This document shows positions 44,099-55,782 of a stretch of 64,000 nucleotides of DNA, piece after piece. Position numbers and translations under genes: made by a program. Position 1 is the stretch's first letter. Each line of letters begins with the position of its first letter. This stretch comes from Mantamonas sphyraenae STR306 (lineage: Eukaryota; Protista; CRuMs): NCBI GenBank assembly GCA_026936335.1, contig JAPMXV010000030.1:428933-492932 (forward strand). Reading direction: 5' to 3'. Below the pieces are notes generated by a model, which was given only the letters and a program-made list of their open reading frames with translations, did no database searches and was not told the origin of the DNA.

Positions 44099-45244
44099 TC
44101 ATTCGTCCTTCCACATGCCGCGGTCACACTTGTCCCAGACAATCCCCGGGCCTGCGTCGTCGTACTCGGCCTTGCTGATGCTGCGCTCGAGAAAGGACGG
44201 CGAGTTGGCCATGGACGAGGCACCGATCCAGGCGGCGTACTTGGGGTCGCTCACAGTGCTCACGTTGACCTTGTACTCGTCGCCAGATTGGGCCACAAGG
44301 GCCTCCAGCTCGGTCTGCATGCGCTGTTCAAAGCCAGCAAAGTGTGCGGTGCCGCCAGTGAGGACGACGTTGGCAAAGAGTTCAGCGCGTACGTCTGCGT
44401 CGGCAGCCATGATGGCATTGTAGGTCATTGTGTGAATGCCAGGGTCGTCCTTGCCCATGATGGACGGCGTAAAGAGGGCCTCGCCGACCTCGAAGCGCTC
44501 TGCGCCCACGGTGATCATTTGGCCGTCGGGGAGCTCGTAGTTGACGCGCTCAAAGCTGTCCACGTTGTCCTGTTCGGCGTCCATGTCCTGCGGTACGTAG
44601 CACAGCTTCTCTTTGATGTCGCAGACCACCTCGAGGTCTGCCGAGGTGGTGAGCGACACGCCCTTTTCGGCCATCTTTGCTTGCACGAGCTTGGTCAGCT
44701 CGTCGCCAGCAAAGGGCAGGCGCTGGACGGCGTCGGTGAGGGTGGCACCCTCGTAGATGGGCACGGCGTAGGAGGCGCCGTGGCCGCACTCGACCACGGT
44801 GCCGGTCAGCGAGCCAGAGGCAAGGAGAGTCACTTCGCTGACGTTGGCCAGAAAGGCGTTGGGCGCGTTGAAGGTCTCCATGAGCATCTGCAACAGGCGC
44901 TCGCGCTGCTGTTTGTCCCACTGGGAGGCGTGGAGGACCACGATCGGGTGTTCCTCGGGAGCGACCTGGAGCTCGTCGTAGATGGCCGCGTGGAGGACCT
45001 TTTCCACCGTGTCCATGTCGTCGATGTTGCAGCCTTTGAGGGCGTGCACGATGCGGTAGTAGCCCTTGGGGGTGCCGTACTTGTGTACAGGGGTGCCCAT
45101 GAGGCCGGCCAGCCCTGCAGGCTTGTTGACGACTTGGGCGCAGGACGGGAACACCGTTTGCGGGGCCGGCTCGCCTGCAAAGCCGGCTTTGGTCATGTTT
45201 GTTCCCAGGTCGATGACGATCGGGGTGTCGTTGTTGGTGGACAT
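44099..45244 (-). CDS. Divergent actin / actin-related protein, intronless
   Basis: 'IVIDLGTNMTKAGFAG', 'VPIYEG', 'DIKEKLCYV', 'YELPDGQMITVGAERF', 'AWIGAS', 'ISKAEYDDAGPGIV'. Confidence 0.9.
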   Translation of the reverse strand: MSTNNDTPIVIDLGTNMTKAGFAGEPAPQTVFPSCAQVVNKPAGLAGLMGTPVHKYGTPKGYYRIVHALKGCNIDDMDTVEKVLHAAIYDELQVAPEEHPIVVLHASQWDKQQRERLLQMLMETFNAPNAFLANVSEVTLLASGSLTGTVVECGHGASYAVPIYEGATLTDAVQRLPFAGDELTKLVQAKMAEKGVSLTTSADLEVVCDIKEKLCYVPQDMDAEQDNVDSFERVNYELPDGQMITVGAERFEVGEALFTPSIMGKDDPGIHTMTYNAIMAADADVRAELFANVVLTGGTAHFAGFEQRMQTELEALVAQSGDEYKVNVSTVSDPKYAAWIGASSMANSPSFLERSISKAEYDDAGPGIVWDKCDRGMWKDE

Positions 45245-45469
45245 GGAGAGGGGGTAGGGGGGGTAAGGGGGGAGGAAAGGGGTGGGGTTTTTGTGGGTGG
45301 TTTGGCGCAAACGCGGCGGGTCGTGTTTGCGTTGTGTTTTTTGCGGGTGGGAGGAGGGTTCGTAGCGGGAGAGGTGGGGGGGGGGGAAGGGAGGGAGGGA
45401 GGGGGAGGGAGGGAGGGGAATGGAGTAGGGTGGTGGGGTGTGGGGCGCGGTGGGGGGTAGGACAAAACA

Positions 45470-47015
45470 ATGACGCTTGTTGCGAGCGACGTGCTCGTGG
45501 AGCTGCTGCTGCAGGGCAGCGCACAGCTGGACAAGGTGAAAGAGGAGCTTGCCAAGGGCACAAGGGTACGTTCGGCGAAGGCATGGAAGAAGTGCGAGCC
45601 TTGCGCACTCACACGCGGCGGCGCAGATTGATTTGGGCGGCGCGCATATACGCGACACCGAGGTGGCGGCGTTGGGCGACGCCTTGGCAGATAACGAGAG
45701 CGTAGAGAGTGTCAACCTGACAAACGTCCGATTTGGGGACGAAGGGGCGGCCGGGTTGGGAAAGATGCTCAAGGTCAACACGACGCTGCAGGAGCTTTCC
45801 CTCAGCGTAAACGACATTGGCGACGAGGGAGGGGTCGCACTGGGCAGCGGGGTGGCCGAGAATGGAAATCTGGTCACGTTGCTGCTGTACAACAACAACA
45901 TCGGGCCGGAAGGTGCAGCGGCGGTGGGGAGAGGGCGCGCGCTGCAAAAGTTGCTGCTCACGGGCAACCGCGTGGGAGACGACGGGGCCGTGGCGTTGGG
46001 TCTGAGACTCGCAGAAAGCCAGACGATGGTGAGCCTGTGGGTGGGCAACAACGGGATTGGCGACAGCGGTGCGGTTGGGCTGAGCGTGGGCGTGGCGCAG
46101 ATCACCACGCTGCGCACCCTCGACCTCAACGGAAATGTGATTCAAGACAAAGGGGCAGTGGCACTGGGCACGGCCTTGGGCGAGAACAGCTCGATCGAGT
46201 CGCTGTACCTGCACAAGAATAAGATCGGAAGCGTTGGCGCCGCGGGACTTGCTGCAGGGCTCGCCAAGAACAGCAGCGTTCGCTTGATGAACATGGGGAT
46301 GAACGCCATCGATGACGAGGGTGCAGTAGCCATGGCGGGCGCGTTGGAAGAGAACAAGACGCTGCGCGAGCTGTACCTGTACTCCAACGGGATTGGCGAC
46401 GCGGGTTTGGCGTCGTTGGGCGCCGTGATGGGCAAGAACACAACGTTGCACTTGCTGAACGTGGGGGGAAACTCGTTCTCAGAGACAGCAGTTGCGGCCC
46501 TGGAGGTGGAGATGCAGGGCAACACGACGTGTCTGGCGTTGGACGGCGTGGAGAGCACGCGGATTGAAGAGGTGGTCGCAACGAACATGGCCAAAGCAGA
46601 GGCGTTTCTTCAGGCTGCAGAGGATGGCGATGTAGAGACGATGCGAGAGTTGAAGGCGTGGGGTGTCAGCGTGGACACGGAGATGCTGCAAAAGAGCTCT
46701 CGCACGGCGTTGGAAAGTGCAGTGACGAACGGCCACGACGAGGTGGTCGAGGCGCTGCATGGGTGGGGCGCGAGAGTAACGAGGGAGACGAGGGAGCTGT
46801 TGAGAGGAGTGGCGTGGAGGAAGGAGTGGCATTGGATGTGGGGGAAGGAGGCGGACGAGGGGATCGAGGTCGCGTTGGTGATGAACCAGGAGGAGAGGGA
46901 TGTGATGTTTGAGGCCGGTGGGATGGACGGGTACGAAGCGAGTGCGGGGTGGGTGACGGTGCCGGATGAGGTGATGGAGAGGGTGATTGGGTGGGTGGGA
47001 AGCGGGTGGGCGTGA
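45470..47015 (+). CDS. RNI/NLRC3-type LRR + ankyrin protein with a C-terminal F-box-like motif (paralogue 1)
   Basis: Intron 45566-45626; 28-aa 'NxxLxxLxLxxNxIGDxGAxAL' repeats; 'TALESAVTNGHDEVVEAL..GA'; tail 'VPDEVMERVIGWV'. Confidence 0.88.
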
Positions 47016-47186
47016 GCAGGGTCGTGTGCGGGAGGACGGAAACAAAGAGTCTGCTCATTGGGTGCCCACTATCCTTGTCGGTGGGTTAGGGGACGGGAGG
47101 GGGGGGGCGAGGTGGATGACTGCATCTCACTGAAAACGAGCAGGTGCAGTCAACGAGTGCGCCGGGAGGCTCAAGATAATCCAAGC

Positions 47187-47495
47187 ATGGCATACACTGG
47201 CCAATTCATTGCAGGAGACGAATACGATGTCTCTGCATACCTGATTGAGGACGAGAACGAGTTGGTGGAGCAGGTGATGGAGATGAGCAGGATCAGTGCA
47301 GGCGGGGAGAGCGACGAAACAAGCATGTGCTGGGGAGGCAGCGAAAGCTTTTACGATGAGGCGTCGGGTTCAGCATGTGTGGACGAGGGGGATATTCTGG
47401 GGAAGCTGCTGCGTGCAGAGAGGACGAGAGAGGCGGTGGCCGAGGCGATGATGGAGTTGGGGCTGAACCCAGTGACGAGTGGTCGCGGCATGTGA
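47187..47495 (+). CDS. Small acidic hypothetical protein (102 aa)
   Basis: Compact ORF with coding-like composition; no recognised motif. Confidence 0.45.
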   Translation: MAYTGQFIAGDEYDVSAYLIEDENELVEQVMEMSRISAGGESDETSMCWGGSESFYDEASGSACVDEGDILGKLLRAERTREAVAEAMMELGLNPVTSGRGM

Positions 47496-47563
47496 GGGGG
47501 GGGGGGGGGGGGGGCAACATATTGCAATAGAGGGGGGCATGGTGGTAGTAGTACTGTGGAAGA

Positions 47564-47622
47564 ACTCTTGAGCGCCCGATGCATCCGCACTCTTGAGCGC
47601 CCGATGCTTCCGCACTCTTGAG
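47564..47622. repeat. 25-bp tandem repeat, ~2.4 copies
   Basis: actcttgagcgcccgatgc(a/t)tccgc at 47564 and 47589, partial copy at 47614. Confidence 0.9.
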
Positions 47623-47765
47623 AAGCGGGGCGCCTCGGCGCTATTCATCCTCTCATGAACGACAATACAATAGAGTAGCAAAGATGATTCCCGCCGGGGG
47701 GTCATGCTCGAGACGATGAATGTGCTGCACAGCCTACAGTCCGCAAAAATCCTCCATTTGCCCCT

Positions 47766-50700
47766 CTACTCCCAAGCCACGACGTACAATGGCAGCACAA
47801 GGGCCTCGTCAAATATCACGTATTCCTTCCTGGCATCCTCCGACCTGTGTGAATCGTACCCGTCGGCCAGCCCACAGCCAACACTGGGGGCGTCCATCAC
47901 GAGTGACACGCCGGGTACAATTGCACATGCCAGAAGCTCCTTGAACCCATTTTCTCGAATATAGCCCATGCTAGTGGCGCTGTAGTGCGAAAAGTACAAG
48001 CCGGCGCCGTACTTCCCCTTGTTGCCTGTGTTGGCACCCAGCCGCGCCCGTTTGAACCCTTCCTTGACAATCGACTGAAGTGCGGTCTTGTTCGTCCCAT
48101 GAAACGCAAGGACGTACTCCAGCTTGCATCCGCGCTTCCGCTCCAGGTTCGTCCATGCGGTTTCAAAGCGCTCCAGCAGCTCGACATGAAACACCTTGCG
48201 CACAGAAACTCGAGCCACTTCAACGTCACGCCGCGTCTCCATGAACTGGGAGTACACAGTCCGTCGTTCGGTTTCCAAAGTGTGCAACTCGTCGCAGTTG
48301 GTTTCCAGAAGCAACTCGCCCACTCGGTCGATCGCATGCTCCTCCATCTGCTTGCGCGTGTCCTTGACCAACGAGTGTACCTCCAATGAGCTGCTTGCTT
48401 GACCCTCTACCACGCGCACAGGGAGCCACATGTGAGGATTGGGCGCGTACGCGCACTGCAAGTCGCCAAACGAAACCAGTTGCAGCCTCGTCAGGTTCAC
48501 ACCCACTTTGCTCATCAATTTTGTCTCGCTCATGCCAATCCAGCCATCCGGAGCCTTGTTCATGTGCTTTCCTGATCCTGTCGGAATCTCGCACACAATG
48601 CCCACCTGCGTTGATCCGTCCAGCATGCGGTTTGCCGCAAGGAGCCTTTTGTAGCACTCCTTTGGCTTGTTGCAGTTGTGCGGCGAGCCACCAGGCTTTG
48701 TCTCCCACCGGACCACGCTGCGCCAAAGGACGGCGTCCGTGCGAGACGAGGATGACGAGGATGACGAGGAAGAAGCTCCCTCTGCTGGCTCCGCCATCTC
48801 CGTCTCCACTTGCACGTGGGGATCGCACAGAAAGAGCTCACTGTTCACAACATTCAGCGCCGTTTCCATGCTTTCGCAGGCCAGAAACACCCTGCGCCGC
48901 GGCACGGGATCATCCACGTGCTGAAGCACGTTCAGGAAACGGGATTTCTGGGCCGGATGTGATACAGAGAAGGCGGTTGAAAGCACAAATTGACAGCCTC
49001 CGAGAAGGCCCAGTTCTTGCTCCACCTCCTTTCCGTACTGCTCTTCTGCAAGCACGACTTGATTCTTCTGTTCCTTGGACTCAAGCACCTCCAGTTCGCG
49101 TTTCAGTTCCTCCAGGCAACGAGACTTCTGAATGCGCAGGGCCTCCTTGCGGGTCTCCGTACACACGTCACATTCTCGTTTCTCGCACGCATCTCCACAG
49201 ATCTCCTTGCATGGATGGCCACATGGACGCGTCTTTGTGCATGGTTGGGGGCACTTTACGTCACTCGGGCGTTTCCCACACGGCACGATCACGTTGTGGC
49301 CACACTTGGGGTGCTTCATGGTCTCCTTGTGGGTGCACTTTGGGCATGGGCGCGAACAACGGCCAGTGCACGGGTGGCCGCACTCCAGCACCTCGTCACA
49401 CGCCTCTGGACACCGCTCAGAGCTGCGGTGATTGTGGCACGGCTTCTTGCATTTGTGGAGACACGAGGGGAAGCGAGTCGAGCATGGGTGTGTGCAAAAC
49501 TCGCGGTCCCAGCCCTGGCAACTCGCCGGAATCGAGGTCTTGACCTCCTTGTGTCGCGGACAGCGGACGGGAAGATCCTCGACAATCAGACCATCGCCGT
49601 CCAGCATCTCCAGGACATGTTTCCATGCCGCATGCTTCTTGTAAATCGTCTCTTTGTTGCCCAGAATCAAGAGCCCGCGTTGAGCACGCGACAGGGCGAC
49701 AATCATACGGTTCTCTTTGGCCACGAAGCCCATGTTGCCCTCGGCATTGCTTCGCACAAGTGAAAGAATCACATATTTGGCCTGGTCGCCTTGGAAACGA
49801 TCCACGGATGTCACACGCTCTGCCATCTGTGTGTGGCCTCGAAGCTTGAGCAACGCGCGGATCGCCGTCACTTGGCCCACGTACGGAGTGATCACCACCA
49901 TATCTGCTTCCTTGACTCCCTCTGCAAGCATCGTTGCAACCATGAACGACGTCATGTTTGCCTCCGTGTCGTTCCTGTGGCTGGCACCCGACGGACTGCG
50001 CGATTCCCGGCCATTGTGCGTCCACAGCGCGACACCCGGAATGTCCAGAAGGGGCCATCCACCTCCCTGAAGGACTGTGTCACCGTCGTCGATGTCAATT
50101 CCTTGGCGGCTGTAGCATGGCCGGATCAACCTGGAAATCTCTGGGCGCATGCGACGCTGGACATCGAGCGACTGCAATGGGTACCCGTTGCGCACCAGGC
50201 GCTCAAACATCGAGATACCAGGTCATGCTTCGTCTCCAATCTGTATGAGTTGACCGAAGGCTGCAGCTGCCGGTGGTCTCCGATCATCACCACATGCTGC
50301 GCCGACCACGGGATGCTGGCGAGCATGTGTGGCTCCAAGATCTCTGCAGCCTCTTCCACAAACACAACTCGTGGTCGCATGCGTTCGATGAGACTCGCCC
50401 GCATGGCACATCCGCTTGTCGTCATACCCACGATCTTTGCTTTGCGCAGCGTCTTCAGCTGCTTGCTGTCGTACATCAGCTTTGCCTCGCGCTGTTGAAC
50501 ATCCATCACCTGGATCAAACCTTCCAAGTTGTCCACCACGGCCACCATCTCACGGTGGACCATCGCACGAATGACCGACAGTCGCTCTTGGGCATCCAGA
50601 GCCCACACATCGTCCACCGAGCGCAAGTCCAGGTCCCGTGCCGCGTCGTCAAAGAGCAGGTCCAGCTTCCTGCGCAGCACACGAACGCTAGGAACGGCTT

Positions 50701-53700
50701 CATCCTGCATCTTCTTCACGGTTTGCACTTGCTCGGTTGCAGCCGCCATCCTCTCCTGTTGCTCATCTGCAGCCAGCTCCTCTTCCAACATCCACGCACT
50801 GGAATCCCGCTCTTCCTGCGGGCATCCCACCTCGAATCGGATCCACTTGTTCTCCGGCACCGTGTAGTGGTGTCCACTTTCCACGATCAAGCGACAATCG
50901 TTGACCTCCCCAACGTGCACCTGCACTCGACACGACCATACGGTGCCCGTGCGCGTCATAGCCACGCCGTTGCTCACTGTGCGAAGTTCCAACTCCACAG
51001 CTTTGACTGAGGCGTCAAACTCCCTGCTTACGATTACAAACACTGGGCCATACTCGACCTCCATGTCATCCTCGTGCACAGCGAACTGAATCAAATCGTC
51101 CCCGCTCGCCTGCACTCGGCCTTGGCCCTGTCCACCTTGGCCCTCCTGCTCCAACACACCAATTTGGTCCAGCATGTGGAAGATGCCCGCAACGTCTGTT
51201 TGCTCGTCTTGTACCGTCATCGTTGCTGAGGACGAGTTCACTGCCAGCCTGCGCGCCTCTTTGCACCACGTGCGCAGCAGCTTGTCTTTTTCAACCCAGT
51301 CGAGCGCAGACGAGTCGCTGTCGTCGTCTTTCACCAGAGAAGCGAGCATCTGTTGCGTTGCCTGGCTCTCCCACAGCTCAAGCGTCGCTGCTCCCGTCTG
51401 CAGAATGCCTTGGAGCGTGGCAAACTGGTCTCGTGCCTGACCACACTTGAAGCGCAGCGTGTTCAGTTGTTCTTTCAGGTCATCCATCATTGCCTGCAGC
51501 TCATGACTTGGGTCCTTCCAAATCCTTCGTGACAAAAGGCATTCCTTGAGGGATTCCTCCTTGCACCCTCCGCCCACACGCACAATGTCTTCTGCCTCAC
51601 AAAACTGCAGGCACCCCTTCAAGAACTCGTCCAGGCCGTGGTTCTTGTATGTGAGCACCATGATGGGTCGGTGGTCGTATCCGTCGTTGTCAAGCTCCTC
51701 TTTCTTCTTGATCAGCAGCCTGTCCAGTTCCAAATCCGAGCGGCTGATTTGCCTGCTCTCCATCTCGTGCCTTTCCGCCTTCAGCTCGTCGATGACTTTG
51801 AAAAGTGCAGTGCGCTCCTGTCCCTTTGTCCGATTCACTTGATCGAACGCTTGGGTGATACGGCTTGACAAGAGTTTCAGCCTGCGTTTGTGCTCTTTTC
51901 GCTCATCGCTCAGCGTTTCCACCTCCACCTGCAGCTCTTCGATCCGCGCGTCCACTTCCGTCCGAGGCGGTGGACACACGGTCTTCAGATGGTTCAGGAT
52001 GATGTTCAGAATGATCTTTCCAGTGTGTGTCTTGCCTGTGCCAGGCGGACCCTGCACCAAACACATTTCCTGCGTCAGCGCAGCCCGCACAGCTTCTTGC
52101 TGCGATTCGTTCAGGGGCATGGTGTCAAGGATCGAGTTGAGAGCCTGCATGTCCAGGTTCTTGAGATACTCTGGGGGTTCAGGCCTGCACTCTCGTGGGG
52201 CCACAAGGATGTGCTCAAAGGGAATGGCTGACGCTTTGCTTCGCTGCATCAAGCATTCGAGCACTGGTCCAAAGCTGTTGAACATCACGGGCGACTCCAC
52301 CATCACCCAGCCAGTCTTTGCACTGAGGGCACTTTCTTCCATCAGCAACTCCATCTCTTCCACAGAGCAGCCGCTTGGAGCAACGGCAACGTGGAATCGC
52401 ATGGACGCGTTTGGAATGGCCAGCACGCCATCGGACACCACCGTGGCGTACATGCAGGATGAGAAACGATCACGAGAAAGAGCTACAAGCGAACCATACT
52501 GCAGCTGTGCCCTTGGGATCTTCTTGCGGCGGTAGGTGAACGAAAGCAACGCGCTGCTTCGATCTTGTCCGCGCTGGTGAACCGTGATGGCATCGAAGCG
52601 CACCTGGGCAAACAAGTTGGACAGGGGACGTCCGTTTCTCTGGTTCTTGCGTAGGTCTTCCGACATTTGCATGAAGCAGTCTGCGCGCAGCAGCTTCAGG
52701 TGTGTCTCCACATACGCGCTCCGGTTCTCGTACCCGCTGTCGACCACGTTTTTGGGAAGGCGAGCGGAAGACCACGTGTGCTTTGAAATCAGCTCCTGTG
52801 CCGTCGGGAGGACGTCCCCCCATTGCTCCAACGCTCCAGACGGGGCGCTGCTGTGGCGAATGTGCATCGTGTCCCATTCGCTTTGGAAGTCGTCCCAGTC
52901 CAGGGCCTCTTGCATCAGCTCTGCGTAGTCGCAGAGGGGCATGGGCTGTGTCGAGTTGCACAGACGCGTGCCCATCTCCCCCAGCCACTCACGCAACCCG
53001 TCGTACACATCCCCCAAGAACGCGCACTCCTGCAGCAAGTTGTACACGAACAGCTCAAAATTGCGTGGAAACTCCTCAATGCTCAGCACGTGTTGCATGA
53101 ATGGAGAGGACCCGTCGTGGAGCAGTTCAAGCGAGCAGCGGCATGACGACGCTGCTTTGTCCTGCTGCTCACGAGAGTGCACAAACTGGAATTCTTGAGA
53201 GAAGCACTTCAACAGCTCCGGGTACACCTTTTCGTTGTCCCCAAGGCAGGCCATGCGGATGTACGGGAGCAGACGTTTCCATCGAAGCGGGAGCTCCTCG
53301 TCTCCAGGGGCAAACGCATGAGACGACCCGTTGCGTCCTCTGCGATTCTTGTTCAGACTGCCGAGTACGTCTTGGAGCATTTTGAGTGAACACTCGTTGG
53401 GTGGGATTGGGGATATCGATGTGACGAGCGCATCTGCTTCGTCGTCCGATCCAGGAAGCACGCCAAGCGTCACGGGCATGCCTACACACGTGTTGTCAAG
53501 GGATTCTTCGAAAGCACCCGAAGCAGACGGCACGACGTAATCCTTTCGGTCGATCTTCAGCTCAATTTTCTGGTTGGTCAGGTCGCGGAGAAACACCTTG
53601 CGGCGAAAGATGAGGCCCTTCACCACAATCGTGTTTGGAGAAAGGACAGACACAATGGGGGCCTTTTCTTTCGAGGAGCCACGTCCTGCATTGCAGAGGC

Positions 53701-54710
53701 GCACGAGGGACGCCCAATGGGAGGTGAACTCAAGGTACAGGTTGTTGTGCTGATCTGCCTCCAGCAGAAAGTCGCCAATCCCATCACGAAGTTGGTTTAC
53801 ATCGGCTTGACTGATCAGTTGGTTGCGTTGAACGGCATTGCACAGGCGCAGGCCGTGATTGACTGCGGTGGAGAAGACTGTGGACGCACAGAGTTGTTGC
53901 ATGGACGTCGGCAGCGCGGCGCCTGCTCGCACGAGTGAGTCAGCCATCCTCAGGATCAGAGTTGGATCCTTGAGCGAGTCCCGCGAGACAATCTTTTGTT
54001 GCGATTCGGTGCGAAGTGAGTTCAGCAGCGAGAGGCGTTTTCGCAGCTGTGCTTCAGACCTCGTCAGCTCCTCTGGCAGCAGTACCTTGTTTCGCATCTC
54101 ACGCCCGAGCACGTGCAGGATGTTCTGTGCAGCTGGGATGTGTTGATGCTGGCCTTCGTGTGAAGAAGAAGAGGAAGCGGTGGACGGCTTTCCGGAGTTT
54201 GCAGGGGTCGATGGTTTTCGGGAAGGGGACTTGCCCTTGTTGTTTGCATGGCGTTTCTTGTGGTTGTTCTGTTTTGGCTGCCTGCGTGAAGAGGAGGAGG
54301 GTGAGGAGGAGGAGGGTGAGGAGGAAGAGGAGGAAGAAGAGGAGGAAGAAGAGGAAGAGGAGGAGGAGGAGGACGAGGAGGACGAAGTGGAGGAAACATG
54401 TTGTTGCTTGTCGCCGCCGTGCGCGTCCGTCTGCGGGAAGCTTGAGCTCTGTTTGCTTGGCGTCGATTGCCGTTTAGGGGCACCTTGCTTTTGTTTCTTG
54501 GAGTGCGCACTGGATTGGCCGTGATTCTGCTGGTGCTGGGACCCCTTCGTGTTGCGGGAGGGTTTCTTCTTGTCCTTCCCGTGGTACGTGCGCTTTGATG
54601 GACCGGACTGTGGGTGTGGGTGTGTGGGTGTGAGGGTGAGTGAGAGGTGGAAGCGAGCAGTGGGGCAGGATGGGCTGTGGGTGTGTGAACGGCGGGTGGA
54701 GCTGTACCAT
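47766..54710 (-). CDS. ZNFX1-like SF1 (UPF1-like) helicase with NF-X1 zinc fingers and a C-terminal PARP/ART domain; frame break at 50218-50219
   Basis: 'YVETHLKLLRADC', 'QGPPGTGKT', 'TYKNHGLD', 'VEEAAE', 'IGDHRQLQP', 'SMFERL', 'QRRMRPEI', 'SVDRFQG', 'VALSRA'; CxHxC repeats; 'FHGT..YGAGLYFS..EYVIF..LPLYVV'. Likely ATG-only first exon (54710-54708) followed by intron 54707-54608. Confidence 0.9.
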
Positions 54711-54980
54711 GTTGGGTTGGTCGAGGTGGTGCAGGTGATGCCGGTGTTTACAGATGCACCACAGGGTCTGTACAGGTGTTTATATGGGACTAGATGCCTG
54801 ATTGTGTGTCTATTGCTGTTGTGGGTGGCGTAGAAGTGGAGGTGTGCGAGGCGGAGTGACTGCATCTGACTGCATCCGGATTCCGAGGAAAACGAGAAGT
54901 GGCGGATGCAGTCGATTGCATATTGGGTGCTATTTATGCGGATGGGTGTCATGTGCGCTGGGGTGGCAAACGAAACCAAC

Positions 54981-55220
54981 ATGGCACGTCATGGCAGCAG
55001 CAGCGGCAGCGGAAACTCGGGAAGCAGAGGAGGCGGAGGAGGCGGAGGTGGTGGGAGTGGTGGGAGATCAGGAGGTGGTGGGAGGTCGGGTGGTGGTGGA
55101 AGTGGGAGGTCGGGTGGTGGGGGAAGTGGTGGGCGAGGTCAGGGGAATGCTGGCGGGTGGCCATCGACGACCGGGAATCCAAGCGGCGGAGGACGATCAA
55201 ACGCAGGGTCGAGGCGTTGA
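54981..55220 (+). CDS. Small Gly/Ser/Arg-rich peptide (79 aa)
   Basis: Good 'caacATG' start context; 'GGRSGGGG' repeats ending in 'GNAGGWPSTTGNPSGGGRSN'. Confidence 0.5.
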   Translation: MARHGSSSGSGNSGSRGGGGGGGGGSGGRSGGGGRSGGGGSGRSGGGGSGGRGQGNAGGWPSTTGNPSGGGRSNAGSRR

Positions 55221-55782
55221 TCGGATGTCGGTGGTGGTGTGTGGGGAGGGGAAAGAGATGCAAGTGAAGGTGATTGCACAGGATTCGGCGTTCATTGTCT
55301 TGAGAGAGGGAGGATGGGGGTGGAGATCGGCGCAGTCAATAGGCGCGCATGGCACGTGCCTTTGCCAGAGCCAAGAGCCAATCAGGGTAGCCTTTGTTGT
55401 TTATCTTTGTGCTGGTGATGCGGATCATGTTGTGGCATGGTTGAAGGGTGCGTTCGTGCACGGTTGCAAAGCGGGTACCGATGCATCGCATGCCCGGGGT
55501 TTGGGTTGTGGGGATCGTGGGGTGGTAGATTTGTGTGTGTGTGGGTGATGTGAACATGTGCGCGGGTGTGTGTTTGTGGTGAACGCGTGGAGTGGAGGCG
55601 GTGAGGTAGAGGCAGGGCGCGCCTTGTCCTGCGTGCGGTGGCGCATCCAACGCATATTACACACACACACACTTCAAAAAAGTAGGGTAGGTCAGGGCGG
55701 ATGTATCGGGGACTTTTACACGTGTTTGGGTGGGATAGAGAGAGGCACGAGGAAAGGGAGGAATCAGGAGAGACTGACAACC

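Noticed and set aside
47083-47091. Interstitial GGGTTAGGG as an alternative TR template or telomere relic
   Set aside because: No boundary hairpin, pseudoknot or enclosing helix seen on the minus strand; expected by chance in G-rich DNA.
47564-47622. CRISPR-like repeat
   Set aside because: Units abut with no spacers, no cas genes, eukaryotic context.
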